A DNA stretch of 64,000 nt from Candidatus Eiseniibacteriota bacterium. GTDB taxonomy: Bacteria > Eisenbacteria > RBG-16-71-46. Numbering within the stretch: position 1 is the stretch's first letter; the number at the start of each line of letters is the position of its first letter. The translations under genes and the position numbers were made by a program. Under the pieces are notes generated by a model. That model ran no database searches and was not told where the DNA came from. It was given only the letters and a program-made list of their open reading frames with translations. Shown piece by piece: positions 21,696-30,845 of this stretch. The DNA is taken from NCBI GenBank assembly GCA_041483195.1, contig JBGPFC010000008.1:44977-108976 (forward strand), read 5' to 3'.

Positions 21696-22907
21696 CTACG
21701 GGCGCGACGGCGGAGCGGGCGGGGTCTTGAGTTGCTGGAGCTCCCGGTGGAGGCGCTGGATCTGCCGCTCGATCTCGGCGATGCGGCTCGGAGTGGGCTT
21801 CGAGTCGGCGGGAGCCACCGCCTCCGCCGCCCACTGCGGCATGGAATGCGGGGACTCGCCGAGCACGGCGCGGCCGACGTGCTGGATTTCGTCCCGCACC
21901 CAGACGAGATCGACGGTCGTGCCGGGCGGCGTGGATGCGACCCAGCGCGCGAGCTGGCCCGGGTACTCGACGCGCTCCCGGTCGAATCCCACGATGAGGT
22001 CGCCGCGCCGGAGCGCGAGCCGGGCGGCAGGCCCCGCGGGTTCGACGGTCTCGACGAGCGCGCCGATCGGCACGCTCAGGCCCGCCTCGGTCTCGCTCTG
22101 GACGCTCGCGCCACTGGTGCTCACGCCCAGGTATCCGTGGTGCACGCGTCCGTCGCGCCTGAGGCTCTCGTACACCGGACGCACGTTCTCGACGGGCAGC
22201 ACGAAGCTCATGCCCGCGGGGCGTCGCTCGCCATCGGGCGCGGCGCCGGCGCCGGGCACGCCGAGCTCGCCCTGGATGATGCCGACCAGCTCGCCCCGCG
22301 TGTTGAGCGCGGCGCCCCCGCTATTGCCCGGATAGACGGTGTTGGTGAGCTGCAGCAGCGCCATCCGCGGCTCGGGATAGCGATACGCGACGTACCCGAC
22401 GGACTGCGTGGGCTGCGCGCGGTACGAGGTCCCGAGCGCGATCGCCCAGTCACCCACCTGGGGCGGGCGCTCCTCCGCGAACCGAATCGGCGGAAGGCGG
22501 AGCTGGGGCACGCGGAGCAGCGCGAGATTGAACACCGGATCGACCCCGACGATGTCGGCGTCCACCTGAAGCCCGTTCACGCTGCGCACCAGGACCCGAT
22601 CCGCGCCCAGCACCACGCTCGCGGTGGTGAGGATCAGGTTCTCGTCGACGGCGACGCCCGATCCGACGCGGGTGTGCAACCGTTGCTCGGCACCGTGGGT
22701 GCGCGAGGCGGCCACCGCGACCGCCCGTTGCGCGAAGACGGAGACCACCGAGGCGCGTGCGGCGAGGGTGATCTGATCGACGTCGGTCTGAAGCGCGGAA
22801 AGAGCGCCCTGCGCGAATCCGGGCGCGGCATACACCAGCCCGATCCCGAGGCACAGAGACGCCAGCGTGCGGCGCACCGGCGTCACCCAGCGGAACCGGC
22901 GTCGCAT
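21696..22907 (-). CDS. HtrA/DegP-like S1C protein with PDZ domain (degenerate catalytic triad)
   Basis: Signal peptide, GSGVAVD, PGNSGGA, PDZ (GYLGVS, GPAARLALRRGD) and C-terminal coiled coil; the His and Asp positions are substituted. Confidence 0.85.
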   Translation of the reverse strand: MRRRFRWVTPVRRTLASLCLGIGLVYAAPGFAQGALSALQTDVDQITLAARASVVSVFAQRAVAVAASRTHGAEQRLHTRVGSGVAVDENLILTTASVVLGADRVLVRSVNGLQVDADIVGVDPVFNLALLRVPQLRLPPIRFAEERPPQVGDWAIALGTSYRAQPTQSVGYVAYRYPEPRMALLQLTNTVYPGNSGGAALNTRGELVGIIQGELGVPGAGAAPDGERRPAGMSFVLPVENVRPVYESLRRDGRVHHGYLGVSTSGASVQSETEAGLSVPIGALVETVEPAGPAARLALRRGDLIVGFDRERVEYPGQLARWVASTPPGTTVDLVWVRDEIQHVGRAVLGESPHSMPQWAAEAVAPADSKPTPSRIAEIERQIQRLHRELQQLKTPPAPPSRP

Positions 22908-22918
22908 GCGATGGCTCC

Positions 22919-23542
22919 TCAGAACGAGATCACGGCCTTCTCGCCCTGCACGCCATTCGGCGATCGCGACACCGTCGCACGGCCGCGATGAAGCGTCACG
23001 GGGTCGAGGATGAATTCGACGTCCTCGCTGTGATCGAAGAGGCTGTCGGAGATTGCGGCGCCCGACGCGTTCGCCAACAGCTGGCGGCCGGCCGCGGGCG
23101 CGCTCTGATCAAGCCGCGCGGAACCACGCGCGGCGACCGGGCTCACGATCTCGGGCTCGCGCAGCGCCCGCACGGAATTCCCGGTGGGGAGGGTGCGGTG
23201 GCCACGCGGCAACGCGCCGAGCCATGGGAGGACGAGCGACACCACGAGGGCCGCGAGCGCGGCGGCCGCCGTGATCGAGACCCAGTGCGGGCTCGCGGCC
23301 GGGAAGCGATCGGGCGCCGGAGCCACGCGCCGCGTGCGCGCCAGCACCCGGTCGAGCAGATCGGGGGCGGCTTCGAGGCGGGGCAGTGCGCCCGCGATCT
23401 CGACCGCCCGCGAGAATTCCTCGTACTCCTGCCGGCACGGGACGCATGCGCCGAGGTGCGCTTCCAGCCACTCGCGCTCGGCCTGCGTGGTCTCGTCGTC
23501 CCAGTAGGATCCAAACAGCCGCCGGGCCTGCCCGCATTTCAT
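22919..23542 (-). CDS. zf-HC2 anti-sigma factor (single TM)
   Basis: MKCGQARR...EAHLGACVPC (HxxxCxxC) plus a TM helix; ATGA overlap with the sigma factor stop. Confidence 0.88.
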   Translation of the reverse strand: MKCGQARRLFGSYWDDETTQAEREWLEAHLGACVPCRQEYEEFSRAVEIAGALPRLEAAPDLLDRVLARTRRVAPAPDRFPAASPHWVSITAAAALAALVVSLVLPWLGALPRGHRTLPTGNSVRALREPEIVSPVAARGSARLDQSAPAAGRQLLANASGAAISDSLFDHSEDVEFILDPVTLHRGRATVSRSPNGVQGEKAVISF

Positions 23543-24174
23543 GAGGAACCTTCCCGTCGAAGCAGCGGTTGAAGTTTTCGCTTCAGCATGCTCCGCGCAC
23601 GGTTGATGCGCGAGCGCACCGTGCCGCCCGGAATGCTGAGCACCTGTGCAATCTCCTCGTACGGCAACCCCTCGATATCGCGCAGCACCAGCGCCAGCCG
23701 GTATTTCTCCGGCACCGTCGCGATCGCGAGCCCCATCGCCTCCTGCAGCTGCTCGCGCTCCATCCGGCTCTCGCGGCCCTCGGTCGGATCCGCCAGCTGA
23801 ATCGCGCTGTCCTTGAGCGCCTCCTGGAGTGCGTCCAGGCTGAACCAGTTGCGTCTTCGTACTCGCCGGCGAATCTCGTTCTTCGCGAGGTTCGCCGCGA
23901 TCGTGAAGAGCCACGTCGAGAACTTGGAGCCGCGCCGGTAGTTTCTCCGGTGGACGAACACACGCACGAACACCTCCTGCGTGATGTCGTCTCCGCATTC
24001 GCGATCGTTCAGCACCCGGCCCACCAGGTTGATGACGCGACCTTGAAAGCGGCGGACCAACTCCGAGAACGCGCGCTCGTCATCCTCCGCGACGCGTCCC
24101 ATGAGATCCTCGTCGGAGAGGCTCAGGATGGTCGGTGCGGCGGTATCACGATCGGGCGCCACGGGCTCAGTCAC
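23539..24174 (-). CDS. ECF sigma-70 factor (RpoE-like)
   Basis: DDITQEVF, FSTWLFTIAAN, YEEIAQVL..PGGTVRSRINRAR. Confidence 0.93.
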   Translation of the reverse strand: MTEPVAPDRDTAAPTILSLSDEDLMGRVAEDDERAFSELVRRFQGRVINLVGRVLNDRECGDDITQEVFVRVFVHRRNYRRGSKFSTWLFTIAANLAKNEIRRRVRRRNWFSLDALQEALKDSAIQLADPTEGRESRMEREQLQEAMGLAIATVPEKYRLALVLRDIEGLPYEEIAQVLSIPGGTVRSRINRARSMLKRKLQPLLRREGSS

Positions 24175-24215
24175 CCTCGTGTGCTACCCCGGGGAGCGGG
24201 GGCAGTTCCACGGCG

Positions 24216-25886
24216 TTAGGGAAGGCCATCGAGCTTCGATCTCACCCGGAGATTGCCGTGATCCGCGGCCAGGCTCCGGCGGTACTGATCGCGGGCCAAC
24301 TCGATGAGGCGCATGTCTTTGTAGACATCTCCCAGGTGCTCGTACACGACCGGGTCTCCCCCGCTCAGTCGGATCGCGCGCTCCAGCTCGCGCCGCGCGT
24401 CCTCGAGACGACCGAGCCGATAGTAGACCCATCCCATCGAGTCCACGTATGCCCCGTTGTCCGGCTCCCGCTCCACGGCCCGCCGGATGAGCGCCTCGGC
24501 CTCGGGAAGATCGCGATCGTGATCGGCGAGCAGGTAGCCGAGAAAATTGAGCGCAGAGGGACTGTCGGGCCTGGCTGCGAGCACATCGCGCGCCGCCCGC
24601 TCCGCACCCGCGAGGTCACCGAGTTGCTCGCGACAGTACGAGAGATCGAGCCCGATCTCGACTTCGGCGGGAAAACGGCGCAAAGTTTCGCTCCAGATCT
24701 GGGACGCCTCGGGGAAGTGCTTCTGCGTCTGCTCGATCCGCCCGAGCAGCAGCCGTGGCCCGAGCGAGTCGGGGGCCATCTCGATCGCGCGTCGCGCCGC
24801 CGCCAGTGCCGGCTCATTCTCTGCCGCCACCGCATGGGCCCGCGCCAGGAGCATCGGCCCCCGGTAGTCGTTCGGATGGCGTCGCGACCAGCCGTCGGCG
24901 AGCTGGACCGACTCGCGATTCCGCCGGTTCCGGGCCAGCACGTCGAGACGCCGGTCCAGATTCTCGGGATCGTCCGGCCCCAGCCGCGCGATGCGGTCGA
25001 GCAGCTGAAATCCCTCGGTCGATCGACCGAGCCTGAGCGCGAGATCGGCCTCGACGGCCAGTGCGTCAGCATCCTCGGGTCGCGCGCGCGTCACCCGCTG
25101 GGACTCCCGGTAGGCGTCCGCGAAGCGCTTCTCGTCGATCAGGAGCGCCACGAGCCGCTGGCGCGTCGCATCATCGCCATCGTGGATCTTCAGGTGGCGC
25201 TGATACAGATCGATCGCCTCGCGCGGATGGCCGAGGCCCTCTTCGATCCAGCCCTGCAGGAAGAGAACCCCGGGACGGAGCGGATTGCCTGCGGCCGCCT
25301 GGGTGAGCGCCGACTTCGCGGCCGCGAAACGCCCCAGGCGCGCCTCGGCCGCCGCGAGTTGGAACCAGGACTCGCCGTCCTCCTCGTCGAGCGCGACGAT
25401 GCGACGGTAGGCCCTGGCCACCACGTCGAATCGATCCAGTTCTTCGCCAATCCGGCCGAGCGTCTTGAGATATTCGACGTGATCGGAGTCGGCGGCGACC
25501 GCGGCTTCCAGCGCGTCCAGCGCCTCAGCCGAACGGCCCAGATTGAAGAGCGCGGAGCCTTCGAGCCACAGCGCGCGCGGGTCTCGCGCATCGATCGTCA
25601 GCGCTCGCTGTGCGAACTCGAGCGAACCCGACGCGTCACCCAGCCGCGCGGCCGTCTCGCTCAATCGTCGCGCAGTCGCGATGGATCGCGGGTCGAGAGA
25701 GAGGGCACGATAGTACTCGCCCAGCGCATCGGTCCCGGCGCCACGCTCTTCGAGCAGCCGGCCCTGCGCGTATCGGCGCAGGGCCTCCTCGCTCGGAAAC
25801 TGTGACGCCGCGGCGGCGGTGTCGCCGCCGGGCGCGGGGCTGGTGGTCGCGGCGCTGACCAACAGGCTGAGTGCGATATGCCACAT
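24216..25886 (-). CDS. Exported tetratricopeptide-repeat protein
   Basis: Signal peptide from ATG 25886, multiple TPRs, C-terminal ALNFLGYLLAD...YVDSMGWVYY...EHLGDVY block. Confidence 0.88.
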   Translation of the reverse strand: MWHIALSLLVSAATTSPAPGGDTAAAASQFPSEEALRRYAQGRLLEERGAGTDALGEYYRALSLDPRSIATARRLSETAARLGDASGSLEFAQRALTIDARDPRALWLEGSALFNLGRSAEALDALEAAVAADSDHVEYLKTLGRIGEELDRFDVVARAYRRIVALDEEDGESWFQLAAAEARLGRFAAAKSALTQAAAGNPLRPGVLFLQGWIEEGLGHPREAIDLYQRHLKIHDGDDATRQRLVALLIDEKRFADAYRESQRVTRARPEDADALAVEADLALRLGRSTEGFQLLDRIARLGPDDPENLDRRLDVLARNRRNRESVQLADGWSRRHPNDYRGPMLLARAHAVAAENEPALAAARRAIEMAPDSLGPRLLLGRIEQTQKHFPEASQIWSETLRRFPAEVEIGLDLSYCREQLGDLAGAERAARDVLAARPDSPSALNFLGYLLADHDRDLPEAEALIRRAVEREPDNGAYVDSMGWVYYRLGRLEDARRELERAIRLSGGDPVVYEHLGDVYKDMRLIELARDQYRRSLAADHGNLRVRSKLDGLP

Positions 25887-26042
25887 CGCATCGAGGGTAA
25901 CACGCGCCGCGTTCGCGCCGGAAGCGGCACGGCTGGTTCGCGCGCCCGAGACTCTGATGAGTGGAAAAGTTCTGCCATGACGAGAATTCGCGAAGGTGGT
26001 ATGAATGGACGGGACGTCCCCTCGGGTCGCAGGCAGGTGGCC

Positions 26043-27449
26043 ATGCAAACCTCAGAGCCCCAGGCGCGCATTCTCGTCGTCGACGACGAGCCGCAGACCG
26101 CGGTCGCCATCGAGCGGATGGTCGCGCACTTCGGTCACGATGTGGTGGGAGCCGACTCCGCGGAAGCCGCGATCCGTCACTTCACCGGGTCGTCGATCGA
26201 CGTCGTGCTCACCGATCTCAACCTGGGACGAACCGACGGACTCGAATTGCTCCGCCGCATGCAGGAGCACGATCCCACCGTCCCGGTCGTGCTCATTACG
26301 GGGTACGCCACCGCGAATTCGGCCATGGAGGCGATTCAGGCCGGCGCCTACGACTACCTTCCCAAGCCCCCCACGCTCGAAGCGATTGGCGCGCTGCTCC
26401 GGCGTGCGATCGAGAAGAAACGAAACACCGAGGCGAATCGGCGGAGCGAGCTGGTTCCCGAAGTGCCCGGTCTGCTCGACGAGATCGTCTCGGGCAAGTC
26501 ATCCCGCATGCTCGACGTCTACAAGGTGGTCGCGCGGGTTGCCATGGCCCGAAGCAGCGTGCTCATCCTCGGGGAAAGCGGAACCGGGAAGGAGCTGGTC
26601 GCGCGCGCCCTCCATCGCAGGAGCCCGCGCGCCGACCGCGACTTCGTCCCGGTCAACGTCTCGGCGATCCCGGAAGGGCTGCTGGAGAGTGAACTGTTCG
26701 GACACGTGCGGGGAGCCTTCACCGGCGCATCGTCCTCGCGCCGCGGCCTCTTCGATCAGGCCCACCTCGGCACGCTGTTCCTGGACGAGATCGGCGATCT
26801 CACCATCACGTTGCAGGCCAAGCTGCTGCGCGTGCTCCAGGAGCATCGCTTCAAGCCGGTCGGCAGCAACGAGGAAACGGAAGTGGACGTGCGCGTGGTC
26901 GGCGCGACCCATCGCAATCTCGAGGAGATGGTGCGGCTGGGGCGGTTTCGCGAGGATCTCTATTACCGGCTCAACGTGGTGTCGGTCTCGCTCCCGCCGC
27001 TGCGCGAACGGCGCGAGGACATTCCGATCCTGATCGAGCATTTCCTGCGCAAGTACTCGCAACAGACCGGGCGGCCCGCACCCGGAGTGTCGCCCGAGGC
27101 GATGCGCCGCGCGATGGACTTCCCATGGCCCGGCAACGTCCGCCAACTCGAAAACGTGATCGAGCGCGCGGTGGTGCTCTCCACACAGGGAGTGATCGGA
27201 CCCGAGGCCATGCCGCCGCGCCTGCCCTGGAGCGGCGGAGCGATCGCGGTGGATCGGGCCGAATTTCCGAGCCTCGACGAGATCATCCAGCGCTACGTCG
27301 AGGAGGTGCTCGCTCACACCGGGGGCAATCGTACGCGCGCGGCCATGATTCTCGGCATCTCCCGGCGCACGCTCCACAGGATGGCAGAGCGCGAGCGTCA
27401 GGGGGCCACGCGTGGCAGCGACGACTTGACCCACATCGGGCAAGACTGA
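26043..27449 (+). CDS. Sigma54-dependent response regulator (REC-AAA+-HTH; NtrC/AtoC family)
   Basis: ILVVDDE receiver, GESGTGKE, ELFGHVRGAFTGA, FLDEIG, WPGNVRQL, Fis-type HTH. Confidence 0.95.
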   Translation: MQTSEPQARILVVDDEPQTAVAIERMVAHFGHDVVGADSAEAAIRHFTGSSIDVVLTDLNLGRTDGLELLRRMQEHDPTVPVVLITGYATANSAMEAIQAGAYDYLPKPPTLEAIGALLRRAIEKKRNTEANRRSELVPEVPGLLDEIVSGKSSRMLDVYKVVARVAMARSSVLILGESGTGKELVARALHRRSPRADRDFVPVNVSAIPEGLLESELFGHVRGAFTGASSSRRGLFDQAHLGTLFLDEIGDLTITLQAKLLRVLQEHRFKPVGSNEETEVDVRVVGATHRNLEEMVRLGRFREDLYYRLNVVSVSLPPLRERREDIPILIEHFLRKYSQQTGRPAPGVSPEAMRRAMDFPWPGNVRQLENVIERAVVLSTQGVIGPEAMPPRLPWSGGAIAVDRAEFPSLDEIIQRYVEEVLAHTGGNRTRAAMILGISRRTLHRMAERERQGATRGSDDLTHIGQD

Positions 27450-27630
27450 CGCTCAAGTTCCAACACTCTCCTGCTACCCAAGTTGTAGCGGCACCCGCGC
27501 CGGGCTGGGACATTTCGGCGCTGCGACGCCAGACGACACGGCCCGCCCGGGAATAGATTGGCCGAGCGCGAGTCCCGCAACCCTTTACCATACGAAACGA
27601 TGAGAACTACGGCCTGCGATTCTCCATCGC

Positions 27631-27646
27631 TGGCATGTGAGTTGCG
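27631..27646 (+). promoter_or_regulatory. Sigma54 (-24/-12) promoter
   Basis: TGGCATGTGAGTTGCG gives an exact GG-N10-GC; IHF-like CAA-N4-TTA at 27578-27587; directly downstream of an enhancer-binding-protein gene. Confidence 0.8.
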
Positions 27647-27656
27647 GCTATCTTCT

Positions 27657-27877
27657 CTATGGGGTGGACAGTCTTCCCCGCATGGACGCGGGTACGTTTG
27701 GCAACCGAGCAGACGCCGCATGAGAAGTTGGGGCCACAGACCGAGGCGCGGCGGCGCGCAGGTTGCGATTGTCTGTCGTCACCGTGTGAGGGGCACGGAG
27801 AATCCGAGGGGCCTGTCCCGATCGCGTGTGGCGGCAGTTTGGGAGCGGGGGGCGAGTGCCCCCCGCTTCATTTTCTT
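27657..27877 (+). ncRNA. Candidate sigma54-dependent small RNA (about 220 nt)
   Basis: Bounded by the -24/-12 promoter and a plus-oriented intrinsic terminator; no credible CDS; several hairpins, including CCCGC-ATGGAC-GCGGG. Confidence 0.6.
27842..27877 (+). terminator. Rho-independent terminator
   Basis: GGAGCGGGGGGC-GAGT-GCCCCCCGCTTC followed by ATTTTCTT. Confidence 0.8.
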
Positions 27878-27900
27878 GTGACCCTCGGCCGCTCCGCGAG

Positions 27901-29619
27901 CTAGTCGTTCCGGGGCGCGCGTCGGGCCCGGCCGGGTCGGCGACCGTATGCCCCGGGCGCCGGTTTCGCGATCGCGGGTGGCGCTTCGCGCATGGCGGGC
28001 GCGGCCGGCTCATGCGCCGGCGAGTCCTCGTGCTCGTCCACGTCCTCGGGCGCTTCCGATCCGGTCGATTCTTCCGGCGTGGCCTCCGGCGCGTCCTCGA
28101 ACCTGACGGGTTCCGACAGGTCGGGCACGGCCTCGGGATGAAACTCCTCCTCGACTGGGGACGGCTCGATCGCATACGGATCGACGTGACGCTCCTCGAT
28201 CGGGCCCTCCGGTCTGCCCACTTCTTCGAGCTCGTCCTCCTCGTAAGCCGGCGGAACAGGTTCGATCTCGCGCGGCTCGACTTCCGGCGGCTCGATCGCG
28301 CGCCGACGCGGAGCCACCGGCGCCCGTAGCGGCGCCCGCAGCGGCGCACGTTCGACCACCGCCTCGCGCTCGACCACCGGCGCACGCTCGACTACCGGCG
28401 CGCGCTCGACCACCGGCTCCGCGCTCTCCACCATCGGAGCTTCGTCGCCACGCGGCCTCCGACCGCGACCGCCGCGTCGTCCGCGGCGCCGGCGCCGGCG
28501 CATCTCATCGCTCTCATCTTCGGTCACGACCTCGGCCTGCGATTCGACGGCAGGCGCGGGCGTGGTCACGTGCCCTTCCCGCGATTCACGGACGCGCGGC
28601 TCACGCTCGCGAGGTTCGCGCTCGCCTCCCTCTCGGGCCGGCCGCTCGCCCCGCTCGCTGCCCACGCGATCGAGCGCGTCGCGTGCCGCGGCCTGCTCCG
28701 CCTCCTTCTTGTTGTTGCCCTTGCCCTCGCCGAGCGCCCGCCGCCCGACCAGCACCTCGACCATGAAGTGCTTCGAATGATCGGGGCCCATCTCACTGCG
28801 GATCCGATAGACCGGATGCGTGCGGAACGTGCTCTGCACGTACTCCTGCAGGTGGCTCTTGTAGTTCGTGTGCCGCTTGTCCGCGACGATCTCAGGCGCG
28901 TCGCGCAGCAACCACCGCTGGATGAAGGCCCGAGCTGCCTCGAACCCCTGATCCAGGTAGATCGCGCCGATCACGGATTCGAATGCGTCGGCCAGGATCG
29001 AGAGACGCTGCCTCCCGCCCGATTCGATCTCGGAGTGGCTCATCAGCACGAAACGCCCGAGGCCCATCGCCAGCGCGCGTCGCGAGAGGATGGCCTTCGA
29101 CACCAGCAGCGACTTGGTCTTCGTGAGCTGGCCTTCGTGCTCCGTGGGATGTTGCCGGTACAACGACTCGCTGGTCACCAGTCCCAGCACCGAGTCGCCC
29201 AGGAACTCCAGACGCTCGTTGGATTCGCGGGGACCCTGCCCCGTCACGCTCAGGTAGGAGCGGTGGGTGAGCGCGAGCTTGAGCAGCTCGAGCCGATTGA
29301 AGGTGATGCCGTAGTGGCGCCCGAACTCGGCGAGGATGCGGGCTTCCTGCTCGCTGGTCCCGATTCTCGCGGCGCGCTGCTCAGGGGCGCGGCGCGGCGG
29401 CGCGAACAGCGACCGCAGCCAGCTCCATAGCGAGAATCCCCGGCGGGGCGGCGGCGGTTGCGGTCCGCGCGGCCGGCGCCTGCCCCCGCGGCGGCGGCGT
29501 CCTACGTCGCGGCCTTCATGGCCAGAGTCACGTTGTGTCCCCCGAACCCGAACGAGTTCGAGAGAGCGGCCCTCACGCGCAGCGCGCGGGCCTGGTTGGG
29601 AACGAAATCGAGGTCGCAT
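27901..29619 (-). CDS. rnc: Ribonuclease III with long disordered extensions (start uncertain)
   Basis: ALTHRS, NERLEFLGDSVL, ADAFESVIGAIYLDQG, dsRBD (NYKSHLQE...KKEAEQAAA). The only upstream ATG (29619) overlaps fabF. Confidence 0.9.
   Translation of the reverse strand: MRPRFRSQPGPRAAREGRSLELVRVRGTQRDSGHEGRDVGRRRRGGRRRPRGPQPPPPRRGFSLWSWLRSLFAPPRRAPEQRAARIGTSEQEARILAEFGRHYGITFNRLELLKLALTHRSYLSVTGQGPRESNERLEFLGDSVLGLVTSESLYRQHPTEHEGQLTKTKSLLVSKAILSRRALAMGLGRFVLMSHSEIESGGRQRLSILADAFESVIGAIYLDQGFEAARAFIQRWLLRDAPEIVADKRHTNYKSHLQEYVQSTFRTHPVYRIRSEMGPDHSKHFMVEVLVGRRALGEGKGNNKKEAEQAAARDALDRVGSERGERPAREGGEREPREREPRVRESREGHVTTPAPAVESQAEVVTEDESDEMRRRRRRGRRGGRGRRPRGDEAPMVESAEPVVERAPVVERAPVVEREAVVERAPLRAPLRAPVAPRRRAIEPPEVEPREIEPVPPAYEEDELEEVGRPEGPIEERHVDPYAIEPSPVEEEFHPEAVPDLSEPVRFEDAPEATPEESTGSEAPEDVDEHEDSPAHEPAAPAMREAPPAIAKPAPGAYGRRPGRARRAPRND
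28310..28420 (-). repeat. Imperfect 18-bp and 12-bp coding tandem repeats in the rnc C-terminal tail
   Basis: Encodes EPVVER-APVVER-APVVER-EAVVER-APLR-APLR. Confidence 0.75.
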
Positions 29620-30749
29620 TGAGGATCCAGTTGTTCGAGGTTGGTCGTCGGAGGGACGATCCCGCGCGCCAGGGTCAGCGCCGTCACCACGGCTTCGAGT
29701 CCGCCGGCGGCACCCAGCAGGTGGCCGGTCATGGACTTGGTCGAGCTCATCATCAGCTTGCGCGCGTGCTCGCCGAACACCCGCTTCACCGCCACGACCT
29801 CGATGGGGTCGCCGGTGGGAGTCGAGGTGCCATGGGCGTTGATGTAGAGCACGTCTTCCGCCGGGATGCCGGCGTCTGCCAGCGCGCGCTGCATCGCGCG
29901 CGCCGCGCCGTCACCATCCGCGCTGGGCGCGGTGATGTGGAATGCATCCGCGGATGCGCCGTAGCCGCTGAGCTCGCAGAGAACCGTCGCGTTGCGGCGC
30001 CGGGCGTGGTCCTCGGTCTCGAGGACGATCACGCCCGCGCCTTCGCCGATGACGAAGCCGTCACGATCCTTGTCGAACGGACGGCTGGCTCGCTGCGGGT
30101 CGTCGTTTCGTGTTGAGAGTGTGCGCGCATTGCCGAATCCAGCCAGCGCCATCGGCGTGATGGTGGATTCGCTGCCGCCCGCGAGGATCACGTCGGCATC
30201 CCCGGCGCGCAAGAGGCGCAGCGCTTCGCCGATCGCGTGTGCGCCCGATGCGCACGCCGAGACCGTACAGAAGTTGGGTCCCTTGAGACCGAACTGGATG
30301 GACACCTGCCCGGCGCCCATGTCCGAGATCATCATCGGGATGAAGAACGGGCTGACCCGGCCCGGACCGCGTTCGACCAGAATGCGGTGCTGGGTCTCGA
30401 AGGTTTCCATTCCGCCGATCCCCGAGCCCACGATGACGCCGATGCGATCGCGGTTCTCGGCATCCAGATCGAGCCCGGAGTTCCGGATCGCTTCATGGCA
30501 GGCGACCACCGCGTACTGAACGAAGCGGTCCATGCGCTTCGCGTCCTTGCGGTCGATCACCCCTTCCGTCGAGAACCCCTTCACTTCGCACCCAAAGCGG
30601 GTGCCGTACTCCGAGGTGTCGAATCGAGTGATCGGACCGGCGCCGGACACTCCGGCGATCAGCTGCTTCCAGAACGATTCGGTGTCGTTCCCGAGCGGGG
30701 AAATCACACCCGCCCCGGTGACGAACACCCGCCGCTCATGACTGGACAT
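29502..30749 (-). CDS. fabF: 3-oxoacyl-ACP synthase II
   Basis: VSACASG, NAHGTST, GHLLGAAG, NSFGFGGHN. Confidence 0.97.
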   Translation of the reverse strand: MSSHERRVFVTGAGVISPLGNDTESFWKQLIAGVSGAGPITRFDTSEYGTRFGCEVKGFSTEGVIDRKDAKRMDRFVQYAVVACHEAIRNSGLDLDAENRDRIGVIVGSGIGGMETFETQHRILVERGPGRVSPFFIPMMISDMGAGQVSIQFGLKGPNFCTVSACASGAHAIGEALRLLRAGDADVILAGGSESTITPMALAGFGNARTLSTRNDDPQRASRPFDKDRDGFVIGEGAGVIVLETEDHARRRNATVLCELSGYGASADAFHITAPSADGDGAARAMQRALADAGIPAEDVLYINAHGTSTPTGDPIEVVAVKRVFGEHARKLMMSSTKSMTGHLLGAAGGLEAVVTALTLARGIVPPTTNLEQLDPQCDLDFVPNQARALRVRAALSNSFGFGGHNVTLAMKAAT

Positions 30750-30845
30750 TGATGGTCGGCTCTCCGTTGCCTCGAGTTCCGCCCGCGCGCGGCGCAGCCA
30801 CTACACGTTGCCGGAACGCGCGGCGCTCGCTGCGGATCTCCCGCC

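Noticed and set aside
27657-27877. Identification as tmRNA, SRP RNA, RNase P RNA or tRNA
   Set aside because: No tRNA-like 3' end, no SRP domain IV motif and no RNase P conserved regions were visible.
27659-27904. 81-aa ORF starting near the sigma54 transcription start
   Set aside because: It runs through the intrinsic terminator into the rnc stop and has no recognisable protein features, so the ncRNA reading is preferred (not fully excluded).
28310-28420. Direct repeats as a CRISPR array
   Set aside because: In-frame 12-18 bp coding repeats without unique spacers; no cas genes.
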